This document shows, piece after piece, positions 33,750-41,600 of a DNA stretch of 64,000 bases. The notes beneath the pieces were generated by a model, which did no database searches, was not told the DNA's origin, and saw nothing but the letters and a program-made list of their open reading frames with translations. The number at the start of each line of letters is the position of its first letter. Positions within the stretch are counted from its first letter, which is position 1. The position numbers were made by a program, and so were the translations under genes. The DNA comes from an uncultured Prolixibacteraceae bacterium (lineage in GTDB: Bacteria; Bacteroidota; Bacteroidia; Bacteroidales; FEN-979). The stretch spans positions 40,248 through 104,247 of the forward strand of contig CAZTSX010000007.1 of NCBI GenBank assembly GCA_964616825.1. Direction: 5' to 3'.

Positions 33750-34982
33750 ATGATCTCTTTTTCACCTCCAAGAATGGATAAAAAAATCGTCGATGCTGTT
33801 GTCGACACCCTCTATTCAGGTTGGATCACTACCGGGCCAAAGACAAAGAAATTCGAGAAGATGCTTACCGCTTACGGCAGCCAACAGGCAACCCTCTGTG
33901 TCAGCTCAGGTTCAGCCGGACTCGAATTTGTTCTTCGCTGGTTTGGTGTCCGGGAAGGTGATGAAGTGATCGTGCCTGCTTATACCTATTGTGCAACAGC
34001 AAACGTTGTTCCTCATTGCGGGGCAAAAGTGATTTTTGTGGATGTCGGAGAAGATTTCAACATCTCTGTTGAAGCGATAGAGAAGGCTATCACACCCCGG
34101 ACAAAGGCGATAATCCCTGTTGACGTAGCCGGATTTCCCTGTGATTACAATGAAATCAATGCCCTGGTTAACAGAACGGATATCCGAAAGAAATTCATGC
34201 CTGAAACGAAGGAGCAGAAGGAGCTGGGCCGGATCCTGGTACTTTCTGATGCAGCTCACTCGATCGGAGCCTGGTACCACGGTAAACGAACAGGGTCGCT
34301 TACCGATATAACGGTTTACTCTTTTCATGCAGTTAAAAACCTCACAACAGCCGAAGGAGGAGCGATTTGTTTGAATCTTCCATCTCCATTCGACAATGAA
34401 GCCATCTACCAGAACCTCAATATTAAATCCCTGCATGGACAAACCAAAGATGCGCTGGCCAAAACACAGATCGGAAACTGGCGCTACGACATTATAGAAC
34501 TCGGTTATAAGTTCAATATGACCGACATTCAGGCAGCCATGGGCATAGTGGAACTTGAGCGGAATGATAACGATATGCTGGTCCGCCGAAAAGAGGTCTT
34601 CGATCGCTACACTGCAGCGCTCTCTGCCTATCCATGGGCTCAGCTACCCATTTATGAAACTCTTGAGAAACAATCGTCCTACCATGTTTTTCTCTTGCGG
34701 ATTAATGGGATCAATGAAGAACAGCGGGATGAGATCATCCGGGAGATTTTCAAACGGGATGTGGCTGTGAATGTCCACTTTGTACCTTTGCCGATGATGA
34801 CCTACTACAAAGATGCCGGATACCGGATGCCGGATTATCCGATATCCTATGACAACTATTCCAGGGAGATCACGCTTCCGGTTTATTATGACCTGACAGA
34901 TGAGATGGTTGATGAAGTAGTACGGGCAGTAGTAGAGGCAGTTGAAGAGGTAGTGAAAAAAAAAATTAGCTCCGACATATAA
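33750..34982 (+). CDS. DegT/DnrJ/EryC1/StrS-family PLP-dependent sugar aminotransferase
   Basis: SSGSAGLEFVL, DAAHSIGA and SFHAVKNLTTAEGG (PLP lysine). I prefer the ATG at 33750 over the tracked TTG at 33732. Confidence 0.85.
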   Translation: MISFSPPRMDKKIVDAVVDTLYSGWITTGPKTKKFEKMLTAYGSQQATLCVSSGSAGLEFVLRWFGVREGDEVIVPAYTYCATANVVPHCGAKVIFVDVGEDFNISVEAIEKAITPRTKAIIPVDVAGFPCDYNEINALVNRTDIRKKFMPETKEQKELGRILVLSDAAHSIGAWYHGKRTGSLTDITVYSFHAVKNLTTAEGGAICLNLPSPFDNEAIYQNLNIKSLHGQTKDALAKTQIGNWRYDIIELGYKFNMTDIQAAMGIVELERNDNDMLVRRKEVFDRYTAALSAYPWAQLPIYETLEKQSSYHVFLLRINGINEEQRDEIIREIFKRDVAVNVHFVPLPMMTYYKDAGYRMPDYPISYDNYSREITLPVYYDLTDEMVDEVVRAVVEAVEEVVKKKISSDI

Positions 34983-35009
34983 CCTTTTGGCACTAAACCG
35001 GATTAATGG
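34977..35009 (+). repeat. copy c of the conserved motif
   Basis: Reads atATAACCTTTTGgcactaaaCCGGATTAATGG. It starts on the DegT stop codon and lies 39 nt upstream of the ATG at 35049. Confidence 0.8.
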
Positions 35010-35012
35010 TGA

Positions 35013-35044
35013 GATTATTCAATTATTCATCCATTAATTCTATC
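35013..35044. repeat. degenerate tandem array, 4 x 8 nt
   Basis: Reads gattattc aattattc atccatta attctatc. Confidence 0.55.
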
Positions 35045-35048
35045 AGCC

Positions 35049-35777
35049 ATGAAAAATCCACATTTCATTACCTCCATCTACCATTACTGTGATCGATGGT
35101 GCAGCCGGTGTTCCAAAACGACTCAATGTCGCGTATTTGTTGATAACCAGGAAAAGGAACTTTCTGCTAACGAACAGAATATCCGGAAAGAGGCCTTCTG
35201 GATAAAATTATCTGAAAAACTTCCTGATTTTATTGAGATGCTTGAGAAAAAGTCGTTAGAAATGGGAGCCGATCTGGAAGAACTAATCCCCGGTCCTCCT
35301 TCAACCATTGAATCCGATCACGCTAAGTTGATCGATCAGGCCACCATTTATGGAATCGAAGTGAATCCCTGGATGAATGACCTGTATTTTCGTCTGAAAC
35401 AATCCGGGGAAACTATCGAAGGTAAAAGTGAAGAATCAGTAGATCAAATCATTGAAGCGTTTGAAGTTCTAAGATGGTATAGCCTTCTAATTAGTGTTAA
35501 GATAAGCCGAGCTGCTTATAAAATGAATGATCCCGATGATGAATTAGCAGACTATGACCAGGTCGGTGCAGCAAAAATGGCACTCATCAGTCTGGACCGG
35601 TCCATCGCTGCTTTCACCACAATTTTCAAGGAATTTCCGCAGGAAGAGGATGAAATTTTGATTTTTCTCGCTAAACTTGCAAAAATTAAGCAGGGATTAA
35701 TTCTGGCGTTTCCCGGCGTTAAGTTATTTAAACGCCCGGGATTTGACGATGAGAAAATGAAAGCATTATCGAACTGA
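35049..35777 (+). CDS. hypothetical helical protein with an N-terminal Cx3Cx2Cx5C motif
   Basis: 242-aa ORF beginning YHYCDRWCSRCSKTTQCRVF. I recognised no family. It lies between the aminotransferase and sugar transferase genes. Confidence 0.6.
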   Translation: MKNPHFITSIYHYCDRWCSRCSKTTQCRVFVDNQEKELSANEQNIRKEAFWIKLSEKLPDFIEMLEKKSLEMGADLEELIPGPPSTIESDHAKLIDQATIYGIEVNPWMNDLYFRLKQSGETIEGKSEESVDQIIEAFEVLRWYSLLISVKISRAAYKMNDPDDELADYDQVGAAKMALISLDRSIAAFTTIFKEFPQEEDEILIFLAKLAKIKQGLILAFPGVKLFKRPGFDDEKMKALSN

Positions 35778-35780
35778 CAC

Positions 35781-36392
35781 ATGATCAGAATCTTTGACAT
35801 CCTCTTTTCCTTGATTGGGCTGCTGATCCTATCTCCCACGTTTCTTTTGATCATGTTGCTGATTCCATTGACTTCCATAGGCTCATCTTTTTTCTGTCAA
35901 ACCCGCGTGGGAAAAAACGGGAAAGATTTCCGGCTGATCAAGTTCCGGACTATGGTGAAAGGCGCCGAACAAAAAGGGGGGCTGACTGTTGGCACACGGG
36001 ATAGCAGGATTACGAGGATCGGCTGTTTCCTGCGAAAGTACAAGCTGGATGAGATCCCCCAGTTGATCAATGTACTGGCAGGTGATATGAGCATAGTCGG
36101 TCCACGGCCCGAGATCACGAAATATGTGGAAATGTATTCTGCTGAACAGAAAAAGGTGTTATCGGTACGGCCGGGAATGACTGATTATGCCTCCATCGAA
36201 TACATGAACGAAAATGAGATCCTGGGGATATCTACTGATCCGGAGAAAACCTATATCGAGGATGTAATGCCATCCAAAATTAAACTGAACATGAAATTCA
36301 TCGACAATCCCACGATTGGGAATTACTTTTCCATTATCTGGAAAACCGCGATAAGCATATTCACTTCACGTCTTTACTCCTCTTTTTCATAA
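35781..36392 (+). CDS. PglC/WbaP-type undecaprenyl-phosphate sugar phosphotransferase (small bacterial sugar transferase)
   Basis: FRLIKFRTMV and DEIPQLINVLAGDMSIVGPRP motifs, with one N-terminal re-entrant helix. Confidence 0.85.
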   Translation: MIRIFDILFSLIGLLILSPTFLLIMLLIPLTSIGSSFFCQTRVGKNGKDFRLIKFRTMVKGAEQKGGLTVGTRDSRITRIGCFLRKYKLDEIPQLINVLAGDMSIVGPRPEITKYVEMYSAEQKKVLSVRPGMTDYASIEYMNENEILGISTDPEKTYIEDVMPSKIKLNMKFIDNPTIGNYFSIIWKTAISIFTSRLYSSFS

Positions 36393-37348
36393 ACCCCTTT
36401 CATCACTTTTAACAGCGCATTCAGTTCATCAACTTTCTCCGGATTATTGAGTTGAGTATAGGTAAGGACCATATTATTGATCAGCCGGAGAATGATATCA
36501 ACATTCGTGCAGGGAGTAAAGAAGGAGGGTTCAGGTTTGAGTTTCATCTGGCGGATAAAGAGATCGATCTCCCGGCGGGTAAATACGGCGCCTTTGTTAA
36601 ACGGGTTGATATAAAACAACACATTCTGCTCCCCGGGATGAGGTTGGTGGAGATCTGAAAGGTAGGCCAGGATGAAGTGTTGTGGCAGATTTACTCCCTG
36701 TATCGGGATATTCAGCCGATGGGCAAGAATCATGTATAATATCCCAAGTGTAAGCGGACTTCCTTTCCGGCTCTCAAGGAGTGTATTAATATATTGATTG
36801 GAAGAGGCATAAAGGTTGATGCGGTTACCTTCGAATTTATGCATATCGTAAAGGATATGATTAAGTATCTTGACATTTTCAAGAGCGGTCAGGTTATCAT
36901 TTAGTTCCAGCCAGGCATCCATTTTCATCTGTTCGATCTGGATAGTGATCTCCTCTCCATTCAGTTCAGGATCATCTGTTTTTGATACAAGAAGGAATCC
37001 CTGCAGCAGATCGGAGGAGCTCAATTTCATCCAGTCGATCAAATCATGCTGAATGTTCTGCTGCCGGATCTGGTGAATAATGGCCTTGATCCGCTGCTGC
37101 ACCAAACCATCGTAACTATTCTCCCGGGCTTGTTCCAGTTCAATTATCGCTTCGTCTCCGAACGCAAAGATTTTCTCCTGAATCACTCCGAATGTTCTAT
37201 CATCCGGTTCATCCAGTAAATTGATCAGGGCTGATAACTGGTTTGACTCTGCCATATCAATTGTTCCCGGTTTCATGCTTTCTACAAATATATCAATTTC
37301 ATGGAAAAAGCATAACGATCGTGGAAACTCTGTAATGCTATGAATCAT
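36374..37348 (-). CDS. SirB1-like transglutaminase-fold / TPR protein (UPF0162)
   Basis: LLESRKGSPLTLGILYMILAHRLNIPIQGVNLPQHFILAY. The start is uncertain; Met25 at 37276 or Met32 at 37255 are also possible. Confidence 0.65.
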   Translation of the reverse strand: MIHSITEFPRSLCFFHEIDIFVESMKPGTIDMAESNQLSALINLLDEPDDRTFGVIQEKIFAFGDEAIIELEQARENSYDGLVQQRIKAIIHQIRQQNIQHDLIDWMKLSSSDLLQGFLLVSKTDDPELNGEEITIQIEQMKMDAWLELNDNLTALENVKILNHILYDMHKFEGNRINLYASSNQYINTLLESRKGSPLTLGILYMILAHRLNIPIQGVNLPQHFILAYLSDLHQPHPGEQNVLFYINPFNKGAVFTRREIDLFIRQMKLKPEPSFFTPCTNVDIILRLINNMVLTYTQLNNPEKVDELNALLKVMKGVYEKEE

Positions 37349-37369
37349 TCCATTCCCCGGTTTTATTCG

Positions 37370-37377
37370 TATATTTG
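37370..37377 (+). promoter_or_regulatory. candidate -7 promoter box (TATATTTG)
   Basis: 25 nt upstream of the ATG at 37403. Confidence 0.45.
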
Positions 37378-37402
37378 CTGAAAACCAATAAACTTATTTA
37401 TT

Positions 37403-38239
37403 ATGTCATCAGAAGTAGAAATTAACTGGAAAAAAATCACACCTACCATTTTAATTGTCGTTGGAGTCATTTTACTGATCATCTTCTGGTCAAGAATGAC
37501 GGTCACGGTCGAAGCCGGGCATGGAGGAGTTTTATTCAGAACCTTTGGCGGAGGGGTTGATACGACACGAACATTTGGAGAGGGTTTTCATGTGATCGCT
37601 CCATGGAATAACATGGTTGTTTATGAAACCCGTCAACAGGAGATTGCGGAAGACATGCAGGTGCTTTCGTCAAACGGTCTGGAGATCAAAGTAGATGTTT
37701 CGGCCTGGTATCAGCCGCTATGGGGTGAACTGGGGAAACTTCATGTGAAGATCGGTTCAGACTACCTCAGACGTATCGTCATTCCGGCTATGCGGTCGTC
37801 GGCCCGAACGGTGATCGGCAGATACACGCCTGAACAGATTTATTCGACTAAGCGGGACGCTATCCAGGCTGAGATCTTTGACGAGACAAAAGCGATCCTG
37901 GATGAAAAATATGTCCAGCTGAACCGGGTACTGATCCGTTCTATTATCCTTCCTCCAACTATAAAAACAGCCATCGAAAGCAAACTGAAGCAAGAGCAGG
38001 AAGCACTGGAGTATGTGTTCAAACTTGAAAAAGCCAAACAGGAAGCCGAACGTCAGCGTATTGACGCAAATGGGAAAGCACGCGCCAACCGCATCCTCAG
38101 CGCCAGTCTGACCGATAAGATCTTACGGGAGAAAGGGATCAATGCCACCCTGAAGCTGGCAGAATCATCCAACACCAAGGTTGTTGTTGTTGGTAGCGGT
38201 AAGGATGGCATGCCACTGATCCTCGGAGGCGGGAACTAA
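37403..38239 (+). CDS. SPFH/Band 7 (prohibitin-like) membrane protein
   Basis: N-terminal TM helix, an SPFH core, and a coiled-coil segment KQEQEALEYVFKLEKAKQEAERQRIDANG. Confidence 0.8.
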   Translation: MSSEVEINWKKITPTILIVVGVILLIIFWSRMTVTVEAGHGGVLFRTFGGGVDTTRTFGEGFHVIAPWNNMVVYETRQQEIAEDMQVLSSNGLEIKVDVSAWYQPLWGELGKLHVKIGSDYLRRIVIPAMRSSARTVIGRYTPEQIYSTKRDAIQAEIFDETKAILDEKYVQLNRVLIRSIILPPTIKTAIESKLKQEQEALEYVFKLEKAKQEAERQRIDANGKARANRILSASLTDKILREKGINATLKLAESSNTKVVVVGSGKDGMPLILGGGN

Positions 38240-38262
38240 TATCTGCCTGGTCTGTTAAACTC

Positions 38263-39597
38263 TTACTCAATCAGACTGTATCGTTTTTTAGTAAAACTGT
38301 AGCCGAATTTTTCCAGTTCTTCCAGAACAGGCTTGTACAATTCAGGTAAATTCGGAGGCATCCGAAATCCGGTTGCGACTATTTTTTTCTCGGCAACCAG
38401 CCGTGCAGAAATAGCAGTGGGAAGGGCAACGGCTCTCGACATGGCAGTTTCACCCTCAGGATCGCCTTTTACTACCATCGTAGCCGTTCTTTTTTCTTTC
38501 TTTCCCTGGTTGAACTCAGCAATGACCTCAATGTAAAGAATAATCATGTCTTTTTCTCCCGGAGCATATATCATGCGCTTCAGCATCCGGCTTAGAAGCA
38601 CATCCAAATTGGTACCCTCATCCAGAGGTATCTGCTCTTCCGCAAACAGCCCCAGCCACTTCAGGCGGTGGATGATATCTGCACTCACATCTATCCCCAG
38701 GTAGTCAGCCGCTTTCTTGCCGATATCTCCGGAACACTCTTTCCCGATCAGAGAAGCCGTAAACTCCCGGAATGATCTGTTCGTCCACTTATCCCTCTTT
38801 TCATTGTCAAACAATCCCAGGGCTCTCATATATTTCATGTTGTTGCAATAGCCCGAATAGCGTAAAAGTCCGCGATAGAAAGAGACATTTTCATCCAGGC
38901 CAAACGGTTTGATGTATTTCTCCACATCTTTGTTGGCATAGGTTTCAAAGGTTCCCAGTTCGTCAATCTCCACAAACCAGAAATGTTCGAATAACTTATC
39001 CCCTGGAATAAAGATCCGCTTTCCGTTTTCAATGTATGCTCCGGAAGTCTGGGCCGCAACGAAAACAGTGTATGGATCCCAGCAGAATTTGTATCCGAAT
39101 GGATTATTATTTGACTCAAAGGCCGGGATCCCGCTACCGTATGACTTCAGACTCAGTACATCTCCTCCCTCATGCCGGATTTCGTCAAGCAGCATCTGCG
39201 TTCCAAAATGATCCATCCCGGGAACCTCTCCCAATTCATTCAGTACCAGGATACCTGCTTTTTCAACTTCCTCTTTCAAAGTCATCAGTTCAGGCACTTC
39301 ATACGAAGCAGTGATCATATTTTTCCGGAATTTCAAACAAGATCTTAAAATGTGGATGTGAACCGGTTTCGGTACCATGCTAATCACCACGTCAGCCTCT
39401 TTGACTACCCCATCCAGAATTTCAGGATCATTGTTTTTCCACTCAAGAGCCGTACATTCTGGTCTGTTATTTTTAATCTCAACCGCTTTTTCGACAAACA
39501 TATCCATCAACACAACGCGAAAACCTGCATGGTCAATTAAATAATCGATCATAGGTTTTACCATCAGGCCTGCTCCGATAATTACGATATTTTTCAT
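38263..39597 (-). CDS. saccharopine dehydrogenase family protein
   Basis: Rossmann start MKNIVIIGAGLMVKP. The 79 upstream codons of the tracked ORF are just the translated heptamer array, and they overlap the cinA start. Confidence 0.75.
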   Translation of the reverse strand: MKNIVIIGAGLMVKPMIDYLIDHAGFRVVLMDMFVEKAVEIKNNRPECTALEWKNNDPEILDGVVKEADVVISMVPKPVHIHILRSCLKFRKNMITASYEVPELMTLKEEVEKAGILVLNELGEVPGMDHFGTQMLLDEIRHEGGDVLSLKSYGSGIPAFESNNNPFGYKFCWDPYTVFVAAQTSGAYIENGKRIFIPGDKLFEHFWFVEIDELGTFETYANKDVEKYIKPFGLDENVSFYRGLLRYSGYCNNMKYMRALGLFDNEKRDKWTNRSFREFTASLIGKECSGDIGKKAADYLGIDVSADIIHRLKWLGLFAEEQIPLDEGTNLDVLLSRMLKRMIYAPGEKDMIILYIEVIAEFNQGKKEKRTATMVVKGDPEGETAMSRAVALPTAISARLVAEKKIVATGFRMPPNLPELYKPVLEELEKFGYSFTKKRYSLIE

Positions 39598-39650
39598 GAT
39601 TCCTGCTTTTTTCCAGTAAAAATAAAAATTTACATGAACATATCCTCGTC

Positions 39651-39713
39651 CCACCATCCAATATCCAACATCTAACATCCAACATCTAACATCCGGCATC
39701 CAACATCTCATTT
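39651..39713. repeat. tandem array, 9 x 7 nt (CYAACAT)
   Basis: Reads ccaccat ccaatat ccaacat ctaacat ccaacat ctaacat ccggcat ccaacat ctcattt. Nearly G-free on the plus strand. Confidence 0.9.
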
Positions 39714-39730
39714 TTCTGTACCTTCGTTCC

Positions 39731-41029
39731 ATGAAGATCGAGATCATCAACATCGGCGATGAGATCCTCATTGGACAGGTTGTCAATACCAACGCAGCCT
39801 GGATGGCGGAGGAGCTGAACCGGATTGGGTTCAAGGTGTTTCAGTTCACGGTAATTTCTGATAAGCGTGAACACATCCTTCAGGCTTTGACTGATGCTCA
39901 GAACCGTGCCGATCTGGTCCTGGTCAGCGGGGGTATCGGACCGACCAGAGACGACATCACCAAACAGACCATTTGTGAGTTTTTCGATACAAAACTGGTG
40001 TTCAATGAAGATGCTTTCCGCGATATTGAGACCCTCTTCGGTCAACGGGGATATAAAATCACCGAGGTAAACCGCAAACAAGCTGAGTTGCCAGAAAATT
40101 GTATCTCACTGCCTAACCGAATGGGAACCGCGAGAGGGATGTGGTTTGAGAACAAAATGAAATTCGAAATTCGAAATTCGAAATTTGAAAATAAAGAATC
40201 GTGGATCGCGGATCCCAGATCCCAAATCTTTGTGTTTTTACCAGGTGTCCCGTTTGAAATGAAGGATCTTTTCACCCGTGAGGTCATCCCACGTTTGAAG
40301 GAACGGTTCACTCCACAGGTAATCTATCATAAAACCGTTATGACACAAGGTAAAGGCGAGTCGTTTATGGCTGATATCATAGAGGAGTGGGAGAACAACC
40401 TGCCTGAGCACATCAGCCTTGCTTATCTCCCTCAACCGGGGATTGTCCGGCTCCGGTTTACCGCCGTGGGCGAGCAGCAGGATGAGCTGGAGAAAGAGGT
40501 CGATAACGAGATCCGGAAGTTACACAAACTCATTCCCGATCTGATATTCGGATATGATACGGATACCCTGGAAGCGGTTGTCGGACAGCTCTTAATGGTG
40601 AAAGGTCAATCGCTCGCCACGGCGGAAAGCTGCACCGGCGGATATATTGCTCACCTGATCACATCCATTGCAGGCAGTTCCAGTTACTTTAAAGGATCAA
40701 TAGTCGCTTACTCTAACGAAGCCAAAGAGAATATCCTTTATGTGAAAGAGGATAGCCTGGTCGCACACGGAGCTGTGAGTCAGCAGGTAGTACTTGAGAT
40801 GGCCCTGGGAGCACGGGATCGTTTCAGAACCGATTATTCAATTGCTACTTCAGGGATTGCCGGTCCAACAGGAGGAACCCAGGAAAAACCGGTTGGAACT
40901 GTTTGGATTGCCATTGCCACACCCGAACGGGTTTTTGCTAAGCAATACCTTTTCGGAGATCACCGGGAACGAAATATCAGAAGAACGGCTTTGCAGGCGT
41001 TGAATTTGTTGCGGAAAGAGATGTTGTGA
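39731..41029 (+). CDS. cinA: CinA-family protein (MoCF-like domain plus PncC-type nicotinamide-nucleotide amidohydrolase domain)
   Basis: MKIEIINIGDEILIGQVVNTNAAW..., C-terminal TAESCTGG and SGIAGPTGG motifs. At 432 aa it carries an extra loop segment. Confidence 0.9.
   Translation: MKIEIINIGDEILIGQVVNTNAAWMAEELNRIGFKVFQFTVISDKREHILQALTDAQNRADLVLVSGGIGPTRDDITKQTICEFFDTKLVFNEDAFRDIETLFGQRGYKITEVNRKQAELPENCISLPNRMGTARGMWFENKMKFEIRNSKFENKESWIADPRSQIFVFLPGVPFEMKDLFTREVIPRLKERFTPQVIYHKTVMTQGKGESFMADIIEEWENNLPEHISLAYLPQPGIVRLRFTAVGEQQDELEKEVDNEIRKLHKLIPDLIFGYDTDTLEAVVGQLLMVKGQSLATAESCTGGYIAHLITSIAGSSSYFKGSIVAYSNEAKENILYVKEDSLVAHGAVSQQVVLEMALGARDRFRTDYSIATSGIAGPTGGTQEKPVGTVWIAIATPERVFAKQYLFGDHRERNIRRTALQALNLLRKEML
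40155..40230. repeat. two adjacent heptamer arrays (GAAATTC x4, GGATCNC x3) lying in frame inside cinA
   Basis: Reads aaattcgaaattcgaaattcgaaatttgaaaat...gtggatcgcggatcccagatcccaaatc. It encodes KFEIRNSKFENKESWIADPRSQ. Confidence 0.85.
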
Positions 41030-41110
41030 TAGCCCCTAAATCCCCTAAAGGGGACTTACTGCACCCCTTCCAGGTATGAAAATTAAAAATGTCTATCTTT
41101 CAATTTTTAC

Positions 41111-41118
41111 TATGTTTG
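41111..41118 (+). promoter_or_regulatory. candidate -7 promoter box (TATGTTTG) for the efflux operon
   Basis: It ends 10 nt upstream of the ATG at 41128, which implies a very short leader. Confidence 0.35.
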
Positions 41119-41127
41119 CAAATCGAT

Positions 41128-41535
41128 ATGTTAGATTGGATTAAGAAAGCAGCCTCATTCATCCTAATTCTACCAGTATTTATGCTGGTTTTGCATGATG
41201 TGATACCCCACCATCACCATACGGATGGGATTCATGGGGTGGTATGCTCAAATAACGCAGTCTCTGATTGTGAAGAAGGAGATCATCATGACAATCAACC
41301 TGGTGAATCACATCAGCCATGTGATATTGAGAACTGCGAGGCGTGTCATTTTGCTGATGAATTTGTCATCGACGACACCTATCGGAAATCACTTTCTATA
41401 CTACCTCCGCACACGTTATTTTCATTTCAGCTTGACAATCCAATACAAATTACCCCATCTATACAAACAACCTACCACGAGCGAGTGTGTCTCCTGACAT
41501 TTTATAAACGTGGTCCTCCCACAAAGCTCGCCTGA
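41128..41535 (+). CDS. small membrane-anchored His/Cys-rich protein
   Basis: One TM helix (AASFILILPVFMLVL), then HDVIPHHHHTDGIHGVVCSNNAVSDCEEGDHHDNQPGESHQPCDIENCEACHF. It is the first gene of the RND operon. The start is uncertain; the tracked ORF begins at 41089. Confidence 0.5.
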   Translation: MLDWIKKAASFILILPVFMLVLHDVIPHHHHTDGIHGVVCSNNAVSDCEEGDHHDNQPGESHQPCDIENCEACHFADEFVIDDTYRKSLSILPPHTLFSFQLDNPIQITPSIQTTYHERVCLLTFYKRGPPTKLA

Positions 41536-41600
41536 TCATTCTACTTTATTTTATTTTTTTGCACAAATCAATACTGGTTTATCTCGTTAATTATTTCAAA

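Noticed and set aside
39598-39834. N-terminal 79 codons of the tracked 523-aa ORF (38263-39834)
   Set aside because: This is a translation of the heptamer array (MRCWMPDVRCWMLDVGYWM) and overlaps the cinA start. The Rossmann motif MKNIVIIGAG marks the real start at 39597.
41032-41056. Hairpin tcccc-taaa-gggga after cinA as a rho-independent terminator
   Set aside because: It has only a 5-bp stem and no downstream T-run. It also reads as a 2 x 9-nt direct repeat (cccctaaat cccctaaag), so it may just be another short array.
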